Made by a program: the position numbers and the translations under genes
Shown here: piece by piece, positions 19,540 through 29,968 of the stretch
How the letters are laid out: each line of letters begins with the position of its first letter
Numbering within the stretch: the first letter of the stretch is position 1
The notes under the pieces: model-generated
The model's input: only the letters and a program-made list of their open reading frames with translations
Told to the model about the DNA's origin: nothing
The model's database searches: none
Source of the DNA: an uncultured Chloroflexia bacterium
GTDB taxonomy: Bacteria; Chloroflexota; Limnocylindria; Limnocylindrales; CSP1-4
DNA length: 64,000 bases
Direction of reading: 5' to 3'
NCBI GenBank assembly: GCA_963819655.1
Contig: CAWFXA010000001.1
Coordinates: 224,001 to 288,000 of the forward strand

Positions 19540-20403
19540 TCAGAACGGTCGGCGGGTCTCGGGATCCGGCCAGTTCGGCTGGGCGGCCGCGGCCCGAGCC
19601 TGCTCCCGACGAGGCCACCACACCGACAGCGCGACGGCACTGGCAGCAGCCGCGACACCGACGACGATCGCGATCAGACCGCCCGCTGGGAGGCTGCCGA
19701 TGACAGCGGGATCCCGCCACGTCACAGAGACCACGGCGCGTGCGGCGCACCAGCCCGCGAGCGCGACCAGCAGCCGTCGTCCGTCAGCCGATCGGAAGAG
19801 TCCGAGGGAGCTCGCCACGAGGACCAGGAGCCCGACGAGGACCGTGCCAATCGCCTCGTAGACCTGAGACGGATGCGACGGCATGGCCGGGGCCGCGGCA
19901 ACCCAGGGCCCGGGACCGAGATAGGCGGTCGCCCAGTCCCCATCGAACGGACGCCCCTGCCCGCTGCCGCCCAAGACCATGGTCAGCTTCCCGCCCGCGA
20001 TCGCCGCGAGCAGCGGGATCGTCGTGACGTGGGCCCATCGCCCCACGGGCGTCCCGAGCAGCGCCGCGACGATCGCCGCCGTACCGAGGCCGCCGACGAC
20101 GGCGAGGCTGAGCTCGAGGCCGCCGATCGAGGGATCGAACAAGCTCAGCGGACCCGTCGCGAATGCCTCCGGGACCGTCAGCGCGTAGCCGATACGGCCG
20201 CCGATGACCGCACCGGGCGCCGCGCCGATCGCGATGTACAGGAGATCGTCCCCCCGCAGGCCTCGCCTGCGTCCGAGGACCGCGGCGGCGGCCAGGCACA
20301 CGAGCACGACCGTCGCCAGCGCGAGCGTCTGCCAGCGCACGCTGATATCGGTGCCAAGGTGGAGCAGGGGGTCGAAGTCGAACGCGATGACGGCGATCGG
20401 CAC
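19540..20403 (-). CDS. Lgt-like (prolipoprotein diacylglyceryl transferase-like) membrane protein, degenerate
   Basis: GGRIGY and HPSQVYE are retained; the central GRxGNF motif is replaced by GKLTMVL. Confidence 0.7.
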   Translation of the reverse strand: MPIAVIAFDFDPLLHLGTDISVRWQTLALATVVLVCLAAAAVLGRRRGLRGDDLLYIAIGAAPGAVIGGRIGYALTVPEAFATGPLSLFDPSIGGLELSLAVVGGLGTAAIVAALLGTPVGRWAHVTTIPLLAAIAGGKLTMVLGGSGQGRPFDGDWATAYLGPGPWVAAAPAMPSHPSQVYEAIGTVLVGLLVLVASSLGLFRSADGRRLLVALAGWCAARAVVSVTWRDPAVIGSLPAGGLIAIVVGVAAAASAVALSVWWPRREQARAAAAQPNWPDPETRRPF

Positions 20404-20642
20404 GGTCGCCGAAGTGTACCCGCGGCGGAGGTGTCGGCTGGCCGACACTCGGCGTGTCGCCTACCCGGTCCCGTCCGCGTGTCGCGCGCGACACGATGCC
20501 AGTCATCGGGCCGACGGCCTGGGGGGCCTCGGTCGCGATGAGGGGGAACGAATCGGAGGGGTCTGGGGGCCCGCCGATCAAGTCCCGGCGTCCGGCCCAC
20601 GGGGGGACGGGCCGGACGTCGTGATCCACCGAGAGGGACGCC

Positions 20643-21449
20643 GTGACCGCACGTCAAGGCGCGTTATCGGGATTGGATGTCACGCTGCTCGGTCGATTCG
20701 TGATTCGGACGACCGATGGGCGTGAGATCCGCATCGTCGGCCGCCACGCGCAGGCGCTCTTCACCTTGCTCGCGCTGACCTGCCGGCCGCGCACGCGTGA
20801 GGCGATCGCCACCGACCTCTGGCCGGAATCGCTCGGCGCCGCCACCGGCCCGCTCCGCCAGGCGCTCTATCAGCTGCGGACCGCGCTGGCCGCAGCGGGC
20901 CAGGAGCTGGATGCCGTCCTGGAAGCGGACTCCGAGACGCTCGGGCTTCGGCCGGAGGCGCTCCGCTCGCTCGACGTCGCGCGCTTCGAGGCGTGCACAG
21001 ACGACCCGTTCTGCGCCCCCGAGGCAGCCGTTGCGCAATACGGCGGGGATCTCGCCGAAGGACTCGGGCACGACTGTTTCGCCGGGGAGCGAGAGCGACT
21101 CGCGGATCGCTTCGAGGACGCCCTGGCCGTTGTCGCGCGACAGCGGCTCGAGGCCGGGGACGATGAAGGCGCGCGTCTCGCGGCGGAGCGCCTGATCGGG
21201 CGCGATCCGTTGCGCGAGGAGGCGCACGAGGTTCTGATCGCGGTGCACGGCCAGACCGGCACGCGATCGCAGGTCGTGCGCCAGTACCGGCGACTCTGCG
21301 ATGTCCTGGCGCGCGAGCTAGCCGAGGCGCCGCTACCCGAGACCGATGCCACCTACCGGGTCGCGCTCGCACGCACCATCGCACGATCCCGCGAGCGGGC
21401 CGCACAGCTGGAGCGCCCGTCCGGCACGAACCTCGCGGTCGTCGGCTAG
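20643..21449 (+). CDS. SARP/AfsR-type transcriptional regulator (wHTH + BTAD)
   Basis: LLGRF, REAIATDLWPE, LDVARFE, DPLREEAH, ELAEAPLPET. Confidence 0.85.
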   Translation: MTARQGALSGLDVTLLGRFVIRTTDGREIRIVGRHAQALFTLLALTCRPRTREAIATDLWPESLGAATGPLRQALYQLRTALAAAGQELDAVLEADSETLGLRPEALRSLDVARFEACTDDPFCAPEAAVAQYGGDLAEGLGHDCFAGERERLADRFEDALAVVARQRLEAGDDEGARLAAERLIGRDPLREEAHEVLIAVHGQTGTRSQVVRQYRRLCDVLARELAEAPLPETDATYRVALARTIARSRERAAQLERPSGTNLAVVG

Positions 21450-21452
21450 GCC

Positions 21453-21514
21453 GGCCGCCGCGGGCGAGCCGCGGCGGCCATCGGGGCCGCGGCGCCCATC
21501 CGGGCCGCGGCGCC
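21453..21514. terminator. GC hairpin plus 18-bp tandem repeat between convergent genes
   Basis: GGCCGCCGCGG-GCGAG-CCGCGGCGGCC (11-bp stem), overlapping ~2.6 copies of GCCGCGGCGsCCATCsGG. No U-tract. Confidence 0.5.
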
Positions 21515-21517
21515 TCT

Positions 21518-22501
<984 letters not shown>

Positions 22502-22559
22502 TCATTCTAGGCGGCGAGGGATGTCGAGGCCGGGCATCATCGCCCCGAGTGAGGCGCGC

Positions 22560-24224
22560 TCAGCCGGCGCCGGGATCGCTGCGGACGTCCGGCAGCGGTG
22601 TCGACGGGTCGACGATCGGACCAGCGTTACGCACGTCATCCGCCACGCCGTCGGCGTAGGCCGCGAAGTTCGCCGCGAACATCGATGCGAGCCGCTGTGC
22701 CTGCCGGTCATATGCGTCGGTGTCGGCCCACGTCGCGCGCGGATCGAGGATGCGCGCCGGCACATCCGGGCACTCCAGCGGGACCTCGAAGCCGAAGGTG
22801 GGATCCGTCCTGGTCGCCACGGATCCGAGCCGGCCGTCGAGAGCGGCGCGGACCGTCGACCGTGTGTGCGCGATGTTCATCCGCTCGCCGCTGCCATACG
22901 GACCGCCGGTCCAGCCGGTGTTGACGAGCCAGACCTGGGCGTCCTGCGCAGCGAGGCGCTCCGTCAGCATCCGTGCGTACAACCCGGGATGGCGCGGCAT
23001 GAACGGCGCCCCGAAGCACGCCGAGAACGTGGCGTTCGGCTCCTTGACGCCGACCTCGGTCCCGGCCAGCTTGGCCGTGTAGCCGCTGATGAAGTGGTAG
23101 GCGGCCTGGGCGTGGGTCAGGCGGGCGATCGGCGGCAGGACACCGAATGCGTCGGCCGTGAGCAGGACGACGGTCGACGGCTGTCCGGTCATCCCGGTCG
23201 GGTCGGCGTTGCCGATGAAATGCAGCGGATACGCGCCGCGGGTGTTCTCGGTGAAGCGCTCGGAATCGAGGTCGAGCTCGCGGGTCGTCGGATCGACGTC
23301 GACGTTCTCGAGCACTGTGCCGAACCGGCGGGTCGTCTGGAAGATATCCGGCTCGTACATCGGCGAGAGGCGGATCGTCTTCGCGTAGCAGCCGCCCTCG
23401 AAGTTGAACAGGCCGGAATCGCCCCAGCCGTGCTCGTCGTCGCCGATGAGCCGACGCTCCGGATCCGCGGAGAGCGTCGTTTTGCCCGTGCCCGACAGGC
23501 CGAAGAAGACCGCGCTGTCGCCCTCCGCGCCGACGTTGACCGATGAATGCATCGGGAGGACACCCTCGTCCGGCATCAGGTAGTTCATGACGGTGAAGGC
23601 CGACTTCTTGATCTCGCCCGCGTACTCGGTGCCGACGATGATGATCTCCATCCGCTGGAGATGGAGGAGGATCGCGGTCCCTGTGCGAGTGCCCTCGGTC
23701 GCGGGGTCGGCCTGGAACGACGGCACGCAGATGATCGTGAAGTTCGGCTCGAAGCCGATGAGCTCGGTCGCCTTCGGGCGCCGGAACAGGTTGCGCGCGA
23801 AGATGCTCGCCCAGGCCGTCTCGGTGAAGACGCGCAGTCGACGCTGATGGTCCGGATCGGCACCGATCAGCATGTCCTGGCTGTACAGGTCCTTCTCGGC
23901 GCAGTACGCGACGAGGCGTGCCCGCAGGCGGTCGTAGTGGGCCTCGCCGATCGGCCGGTTGATCTCGCCCCACCAGATCTTGGCGGCGCTCGACGGCTCC
24001 TCGACGATGAACTTGTCCAGCGGCGAGCGGCCCGTGTGCTTGCCGGTGCGCACCACGAGGGGGCCTTCAGCGGCGAGCAGGCCCTCGCCGGTCCGGATCG
24101 CATCCTCGACCAGCTCCGCTGTCGGCAGGTTCGCCTGGACGCGACGACCTAGCCGTGGGCGCGTCCGGACGTTGCGGGGTGTCGGGGGATGGTCGGGGCG
24201 TGTGGGTGGTCGGCTGGTAGCCAT
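22560..24224 (-). CDS. pckA: Phosphoenolpyruvate carboxykinase (ATP)
   Basis: TGRSP, YAGEIKK, GLSGTGKTTLS, IGDDEHGW, NFEGGCYAK. Confidence 0.96.
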   Translation of the reverse strand: MATSRPPTRPDHPPTPRNVRTRPRLGRRVQANLPTAELVEDAIRTGEGLLAAEGPLVVRTGKHTGRSPLDKFIVEEPSSAAKIWWGEINRPIGEAHYDRLRARLVAYCAEKDLYSQDMLIGADPDHQRRLRVFTETAWASIFARNLFRRPKATELIGFEPNFTIICVPSFQADPATEGTRTGTAILLHLQRMEIIIVGTEYAGEIKKSAFTVMNYLMPDEGVLPMHSSVNVGAEGDSAVFFGLSGTGKTTLSADPERRLIGDDEHGWGDSGLFNFEGGCYAKTIRLSPMYEPDIFQTTRRFGTVLENVDVDPTTRELDLDSERFTENTRGAYPLHFIGNADPTGMTGQPSTVVLLTADAFGVLPPIARLTHAQAAYHFISGYTAKLAGTEVGVKEPNATFSACFGAPFMPRHPGLYARMLTERLAAQDAQVWLVNTGWTGGPYGSGERMNIAHTRSTVRAALDGRLGSVATRTDPTFGFEVPLECPDVPARILDPRATWADTDAYDRQAQRLASMFAANFAAYADGVADDVRNAGPIVDPSTPLPDVRSDPGAG

Positions 24225-24360
24225 CTGGCGGACTCCTGGACGCGGACGATCACGGTACGGATCGACCGGCCGCGCGTGCCGCGTGCGCTGGTCGGGCTCG
24301 GGCCCGAGGAGACGCTCGCGGAGTCGGCTTCCACAGTCGCGCTTCGCTCGATGCTATCAC

Positions 24361-24384
24361 GTTGCGGCTAGGTTGCGGCTAGGT
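24361..24384. repeat. 11-bp direct repeat in divergent promoter region
   Basis: GTTGCGGCTAG x2, plus GT. Confidence 0.5.
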
Positions 24385-24453
24385 CGCGAGGACCAGACGG
24401 GCCGTACCATGGTCCCTCCATCGTCATCGATCGCGCAGGCGAGGCCTCCCGTC

Positions 24454-25971
24454 ATGACCGACACGCTGATCCCCGACCGCGATCAGGCGGCCACCGAGGT
24501 TGCCGGACTCCGCCTCCGCACCGACTTGTTCATCGCCGGCGATTTCCGACCCGCCGTGGACGGTCGCCGGTTCGTGACCGAGAACCCGGCCACGGGCCAG
24601 CCGATCACGGATGTCGCCGAGGGCGGTGTGGCCGACGTGGAGGTCGCCGTCGCGGCAGCACGATCGGCCGCCGACCGGGGCGTGTGGTCGCGGATGGACC
24701 CGGGCGCCCGCAAGCGCATCCTGCTGGCGTGGGCCGATCTGATCGAGGCCCACGCGCGCGAGCTCGGGCTGATCGAGACCATCGACGCCGGCAAACCGAT
24801 CACCGACACGGTCGGACTGGACATGCCAGAGACCGCCGCGTGCATCCGCTGGCACGCCGAGGCGATCGACAAGCTGTACGGCCAGGTGGCGCCGTCGCCG
24901 GAGGGCACGGTCGCGACCATCACCCGCGAGCCGGTGGGGGTCGTGGGGGCGGTCGTACCGTGGAACTACCCGGCGCAGATGGCGGCCTGGAAGCTCGGTC
25001 CTGCGCTCGCGACCGGCAACAGCGTGGTCATCAAGCCGGCCTCATCGACCTCGCTCAGCCTGCTGCGGATCGCCGAGCTGGGCGCCGAGGCGGGCATCCC
25101 CGACGGCGTCCTCAACGTCGTCACGGGGCCAGGCGACACGGTCGGGGCGGCGCTGGGACGCCATCCGGATATCGACTGCCTGGCGTTCACCGGCTCGACC
25201 GAGGTCGGCCGACGCTTCCTCGCCTGGTCGGCCGAGTCGAACCTCAAGCGCGTGCTCCTTGAGCTCGGCGGGAAGAGCCCGCAGATCGTCTTCGGCGACG
25301 TGACCGACATGGCGCATGTGGCAACACAGGCGGCGGTGGCGATCTTCTGGAACATGGGCGAGAACTGCAGCGCGGGCTCTCGGCTGATCGTCCACCGCTC
25401 GCGGAAGGACGCGCTGCTCGAGGCGCTGCAGGCCGAGCTCGGTGCGTGGCCCGTCGGGGACCCGCTGGATCCCGCGACCAAGATCGGCGCGCTGATCTCG
25501 ATGCCGCATCTCGAGCGGGTACTGGGGTACGTGCAGGTCGGTCGCGATGAGGGCGCACGGCTGGTGACCGGCGGTGAGCGGATCCTCGAGGAGACCGGCG
25601 GCTATTTCCTCGGCCCGACGATCTTCGACGGCGTGCGCAACGACATGCGCATCGCGCGCGAGGAGATCTTCGGACCGGTCCTGTCGGTGATCGAGTTCGA
25701 CACCGAGGCCGAGGCGGTCGCGATCGCCAACGACACGTCGTACGGGCTGGCCGCGTCGGTCTATACCGACGATCTCAACGTGGCGCATCGGGTCGCACGG
25801 GACCTGCGCGCCGGGACCGTCGCCGTCAACGCCTACGCCGAGGGCGACATGACGACGCCGTTCGGCGGGTACAAGCAGTCGGGCTTCGGCGGCCACGACA
25901 AGTCGGTCCATGCCCACGACCAGTACACCGAGATGAAGACGACCTGGATCGCGCTCAAGCCGGCGGGGTGA
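24454..25971 (+). CDS. Aldehyde dehydrogenase (PuuC/gamma-glutamyl-aminobutyraldehyde dehydrogenase-like)
   Basis: VPWNYP, FTGSTEVG, LELGGKSP, NMGENCSAG, EEIFGP, PFGGYKQSG. Confidence 0.9.
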   Translation: MTDTLIPDRDQAATEVAGLRLRTDLFIAGDFRPAVDGRRFVTENPATGQPITDVAEGGVADVEVAVAAARSAADRGVWSRMDPGARKRILLAWADLIEAHARELGLIETIDAGKPITDTVGLDMPETAACIRWHAEAIDKLYGQVAPSPEGTVATITREPVGVVGAVVPWNYPAQMAAWKLGPALATGNSVVIKPASSTSLSLLRIAELGAEAGIPDGVLNVVTGPGDTVGAALGRHPDIDCLAFTGSTEVGRRFLAWSAESNLKRVLLELGGKSPQIVFGDVTDMAHVATQAAVAIFWNMGENCSAGSRLIVHRSRKDALLEALQAELGAWPVGDPLDPATKIGALISMPHLERVLGYVQVGRDEGARLVTGGERILEETGGYFLGPTIFDGVRNDMRIAREEIFGPVLSVIEFDTEAEAVAIANDTSYGLAASVYTDDLNVAHRVARDLRAGTVAVNAYAEGDMTTPFGGYKQSGFGGHDKSVHAHDQYTEMKTTWIALKPAG

Positions 25972-26068
25972 GAGGCGGCCGTCGCAGGCCGTGTCATCAC
26001 CGCCGCACACCTGGTGACACATTTGGCGGGAACGTGGCGACACGACACGACTCGGATCCCGCCCCACC

Positions 26069-26098
26069 TTGACGCTCCCCGCGCCCAGCCCGTAGCAT
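26069..26098 (+). promoter_or_regulatory. Housekeeping sigma promoter upstream of the SAM riboswitch
   Basis: TTGACG-N18-TAGCAT. Confidence 0.55.
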
Positions 26099-26119
26099 CG
26101 CTTGTACAACCGAAGAGCA

Positions 26120-26223
26120 CGTATCAAGAGATGGCTGAGGGACCGGCCCGTTGAAGCCACGACAACCTACCGACGCGAGGTCGGCAAGGTGCCAAGTCCG
26201 GGCAGGTTCTCCTGCGCGATACG
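26120..26223 (+). ncRNA. SAM-I (S-box) riboswitch
   Basis: P1 CGTATC/GATACG; ATCAAGAG, GAGGGACCGGCCC, GAAGCC, CAACC and AAGGTGCCAAGTCC elements in S-box order. Confidence 0.9.
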
Positions 26224-26311
26224 GGTCTCTCCGGAGCCCCAACCATCGACCAGGGTTCTGACCCATCCACGACCGGTCCACGCCCCCGAAGCGCGACCCT
26301 GGAGACCGATC

Positions 26312-27628
26312 GTGACCACGCCGACCCTGACGCCCCTGACATCCTCACCGACAGCGACCGCCGATACCGGGACCCCGATCTCCGGTGCGCGGATCACCGG
26401 CATGGCGTGTCGCAACTGCGGACGGACCCAGCAGCTCGAGCTCGCCTACGTCTGTCCGGCGTGTTTCGGGCCACTCGAGGTGGCCTACGACCTGTCGGTC
26501 GTCGCCGGGACTTTGACAAAGGAGGCGATCGCCGCGCGAGCCCCCGGGATCTGGCGGTACATCGAGCTGCTGCCCGTCGAGGCGGTGCCGCTGCGGTCGC
26601 TGCCGGTCGGCTCGACTCCGCTTCTCGAAGCCGACCGGCTCGGCCCCGTGCTCGACGTCGAGCGTCTGTGGATCAAGGACGACACCCGCAACCCATCGCT
26701 GTCATTCAAGGATCGTGCGGTCGCGGTCGCCGCGGCGCGGGCCGTCGAATTCGGCGTCCCGGCTCTCGCCTGCGCCTCGACCGGCAACCTCGCCGGGGCG
26801 ACGGCCGCAGCCGCCGCCGCGGTCGGTCTCCCGGCATACGTCTTCATCCCGGCGGACCTCGAGCGCGAGAAGGTCGACCACGCGCTCGCCTACGGCGCGA
26901 CCGTCGTGCCGATCGATGGGACCTACGACGACGTGAACAGGTTGTGCCTCGAGGTGGCCGACGAGACGGGCTGGGGCTTCGTCAACATCAACCTCCGGCC
27001 GTTCTACGCGGAGGGATCGAAGACGCTCGCCTACGAGATCGCCGAGGCGCTCGGCTGGCGGTCGCCCGACGTCGTCGTGGCGCCGGTCGCGTCCGGAGCG
27101 ATGTTCACCCGCGTCGCACGCGGCTTCGTGGAGCTCGCGGAGCTGGGCCTGATCGAACGTCGACCCATCCGCTTCGTCGGCGGGCAGGCGGCCGGTTGCG
27201 CACCGGTCGCCGCGGCGTTCGCGGCTGGGACCGACGTCATCGAGCCGGTCCGCGAGCCCGACACGATCGTCCGCTCACTCGCCATCGGCAATCCGGCCGA
27301 TGGGCGCTACGTGGTGGAGGTCGCGCGCGAGAGCGGCGGCTCGGTCGAGGCCGTGCCGGACACCGTCACCGCTGAGGCGATCCGTGACGTCGCGCGGCTC
27401 GAGGGGATCTACCCGGAGACGGCGGGCGGCGTGACGCTGGGCGCGGTCGCGGCTGCCCGGCGCCGAGGGGTCATCCGCGATGGCGATGAGGTCGTCGCGC
27501 TTCTGACGGGCAACGGCCTCAAGACGCCCGATGCACGGACGCTTGGGCAGGATGGCGACGTCGGGCTCGCACCGGTCATCCGGCCGAGCCTCTCTGCGTT
27601 CGAGTCGTGGCTGGAGGCTCGGGCATGA
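26312..27628 (+). CDS. Threonine synthase-like PLP enzyme (possible O-phosphohomoserine sulfhydrylase)
   Basis: N-terminal CxxC..CxxC, NPSLSFKDR, ASTGNL, YAEGSKT, TGNGLK. GTG start after a GGAG RBS. Confidence 0.85.
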   Translation: MTTPTLTPLTSSPTATADTGTPISGARITGMACRNCGRTQQLELAYVCPACFGPLEVAYDLSVVAGTLTKEAIAARAPGIWRYIELLPVEAVPLRSLPVGSTPLLEADRLGPVLDVERLWIKDDTRNPSLSFKDRAVAVAAARAVEFGVPALACASTGNLAGATAAAAAAVGLPAYVFIPADLEREKVDHALAYGATVVPIDGTYDDVNRLCLEVADETGWGFVNINLRPFYAEGSKTLAYEIAEALGWRSPDVVVAPVASGAMFTRVARGFVELAELGLIERRPIRFVGGQAAGCAPVAAAFAAGTDVIEPVREPDTIVRSLAIGNPADGRYVVEVARESGGSVEAVPDTVTAEAIRDVARLEGIYPETAGGVTLGAVAAARRRGVIRDGDEVVALLTGNGLKTPDARTLGQDGDVGLAPVIRPSLSAFESWLEARA

Positions 27629-27897
27629 GCACGGTCCGCATCCCGCCGACGCTCCGGACCGCGACCGGCGGTGAGAAGCTGGTCGCCGTCCCGGGCGGCA
27701 CGGTCCGCGAGGTCATCGCGGGCCTCGTCGAGGCGCACCCAGGCCTCGGGTCCCAACTGCTCACCCCCGACGGCGACCTGAATCGCTTCGTCAACGCCTT
27801 CCTCAACGACACCGACGTGCGCCACCTCCAAGCGCTCGACACACCCGTCGGCGAGGCCGACACGCTCGTCCTGCTACCGGCGATGGCCGGGGGCTAG
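27625..27897 (+). CDS. MoaD/ThiS/CysO-family sulfur carrier protein
   Basis: VRIPPTLR...RFVNAFLND...PAMAGG C-terminal GG; ATGA-coupled to the ThrC-like gene. Confidence 0.92.
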   Translation: MSTVRIPPTLRTATGGEKLVAVPGGTVREVIAGLVEAHPGLGSQLLTPDGDLNRFVNAFLNDTDVRHLQALDTPVGEADTLVLLPAMAGG

Positions 27898-27934
27898 CCT
27901 CGCCCCGATCTCCGCGGAGTAGGCTGGGCGTCCG

Positions 27935-28750
27935 ATGTCGGCCGATGAGCGACCGCCGAGCGGGGACGAGGCGTTCTGGCGCGAGTTCCTGACACACGGC
28001 GACCCGAAGGAGATGCGTGCCAGGCGCGTCCTTCGCTGGCTACCACGCGGCCCGCGGTGCAAGTTGTGCGCCGCGCCGTTCGCGGGTGCCGGCTCGCATC
28101 TGATGCGAGTGATCGGCAAGCGACCAGCCTTCAAGAACGGGACCGTGTGCAACACCTGCTTCGACTTCATGGAGAAGCACCACGGCGGCGCCGAGATCGA
28201 GGGCAGCTTCCTGTTCGCCGATATCCGCGGCTCGACGACCCTCGCCGAGCGCCTGCCACCAACGGCGTTCCGCGCGCTGATCGACCGCTTCTACACGACG
28301 GCGACCCAAGCCGTGTTCGACAACGACGGTGGCGTCGACAAGTTCGTCGGTGACGAGATCGTCGCGTTCTTCTTCCCGCTGTTCTCGGGGCCGCGACACG
28401 CGGCTGCTGCGGTCGGTGCCGCGTCCGCATTGCTGCGCGCGACAGGCCACGCAGACGCGGGCGGACCGTGGGTCCCGGTGGGCGCCGGTATCGCCACAGG
28501 GATGGCGTGGGTCGGCGCCGTCGGCGACGAGAAGCGGACCGATCTGACCGCGCTCGGCGACACCGTCAACATCGCCGCTCGGTTGGGCGCGGTCGCCGCC
28601 GCCGGCGAAGTGCTGATGACCACGGAGACCGCCGTGGCGGCCGGGGTCGATCCGAGACTCCAGACGAGGACCCTCGACCTCAAGGGCAAGACCACGCCGA
28701 CCGAGGTGGTGAGCCTGACCGTGGGCCCCGTGCCAGTCGGGGTGGGCTAG
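27935..28750 (+). CDS. Class III adenylate cyclase with N-terminal Cys4 finger
   Basis: CKLC...CNTC; FADIRGST, DKFVGDE, TALGDTVNIAARL. Confidence 0.88.
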   Translation: MSADERPPSGDEAFWREFLTHGDPKEMRARRVLRWLPRGPRCKLCAAPFAGAGSHLMRVIGKRPAFKNGTVCNTCFDFMEKHHGGAEIEGSFLFADIRGSTTLAERLPPTAFRALIDRFYTTATQAVFDNDGGVDKFVGDEIVAFFFPLFSGPRHAAAAVGAASALLRATGHADAGGPWVPVGAGIATGMAWVGAVGDEKRTDLTALGDTVNIAARLGAVAAAGEVLMTTETAVAAGVDPRLQTRTLDLKGKTTPTEVVSLTVGPVPVGVG

Positions 28751-29901
28751 GATCCGTCGAGCGCCTGGCGAAGGTCGGCGATGAGGTCATCGACGCCCTC
28801 GATGCCGACGGACAGCCGGATCAGCGCCGGGTCGACCGCCAGGGCGGTCTCCGAGACCGACATGTGGGTCATCGCTGCCGGCACCTCGATGAGCGACTCG
28901 ACCCCACCGAGCGATTCGGCAAGCGTGAACAGGTGCGTGCCCTCAGCGATCGCGATGGCCCGCTCGGCCGCCGTCTCGGAGCCGCGCGCGGCCGGCTGGA
29001 ACGAGACCATGCCGCCAAACCCCGGGTAGCGCACCTCTTCGATGTCAGAGCGTGACCGGAGGAACTCGACGACCGCCCGGGCGTTGGCCTGGTGGCGCTC
29101 GACGCGGATGTGCAGCGTGCGCAGGCCGCGCAACACCAGGAAGCAGTCGAACGGCCCGGGCACCGCGCCCATCGCGTTCTGCAGGAACCGCAGGCGTTCC
29201 GCAACCACGTCGTCCGACGTGACGCCCACCCCGAGCACGACGTCGGAATGGCCGGCGAGGTACTTCGTCGCGGAGTGGAACACGATGTCGGCGCCCATCG
29301 TGAGCGGGCGCTGGATCGCGGGCGACGCGAACGTGTTATCGACGACGATCAGCGGCCGTCGCCCGCCCTCGGCCGCCCGCAGGTCGACGGTCCGCGCCAC
29401 CTCCCCGATGTCGACCGTCTTGAGCAAAGGATTGGTCGGCGATTCGAACCAGACGAGCCGGGTGCGCTCCGACAGCGCCTCCCACAGCGCGTCCATCCCC
29501 GCCGTCAGGTCGATGAAGGTGGGCGTGACGCCACCGCCCGGCCTGCGGACCCCCTCGAGATAGCGGTAGGTGCCGCCGTACACGTCGTCGCCGACGACGA
29601 TCTCCTCGCCCGGATCGGCGAGCTGCGCGATGGCGGCGGTGGCCGCCGAACCCGAGGCGAACGCGAACCCGTGGTGACCACCTTCAAGGGCGGCGACCGC
29701 CCGCTCCAGCCGTTCGCGGGTGGGGTTCTGCGAGCGCGCGTACTCGTACCCCCGGCGCGGCTGGCCGACCGCGTCCTGCTCGTAGGTCGAGGTCTGGTAG
29801 ATCGGCGGCGCGACGGCGCCGGTCTGCTCGTCGGGCTCCGCACCGGCGTGGACGGCCAGCGAATCGAAGGAGAGCCCGTCGAGATCGGCGTCACGTGGCA
29901 T
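28747..29901 (-). CDS. Cystathionine gamma-lyase/synthase (Cys/Met PLP enzyme)
   Basis: PPIYQTSTY, YARSQNPTR, ESPTNP, DNTFASP, SATKYLAGHSD, ESLGGVESL. Confidence 0.92.
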   Translation of the reverse strand: MPRDADLDGLSFDSLAVHAGAEPDEQTGAVAPPIYQTSTYEQDAVGQPRRGYEYARSQNPTRERLERAVAALEGGHHGFAFASGSAATAAIAQLADPGEEIVVGDDVYGGTYRYLEGVRRPGGGVTPTFIDLTAGMDALWEALSERTRLVWFESPTNPLLKTVDIGEVARTVDLRAAEGGRRPLIVVDNTFASPAIQRPLTMGADIVFHSATKYLAGHSDVVLGVGVTSDDVVAERLRFLQNAMGAVPGPFDCFLVLRGLRTLHIRVERHQANARAVVEFLRSRSDIEEVRYPGFGGMVSFQPAARGSETAAERAIAIAEGTHLFTLAESLGGVESLIEVPAAMTHMSVSETALAVDPALIRLSVGIEGVDDLIADLRQALDGS

Positions 29902-29923
29902 GCCCGGATGATGGCACCGCGAC

Positions 29924-29968
29924 GTCAGGTCGTGGCGGTCAGGTCGTGGCGGTCAGGTCGTGGCGGTC
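29924..29968. repeat. 14-bp tandem repeat x3 containing the GNAT stop codon
   Basis: GTCAGGTCGTGGCG x3, plus GTC. Confidence 0.85.

Noticed and set aside
20589-20618. GC hairpin upstream of the BTAD regulator
   Set aside because: Real inverted repeat (CGTCCGGCCC/GGGCCGGACG), but such stems are common at this GC content and there is no supporting motif.
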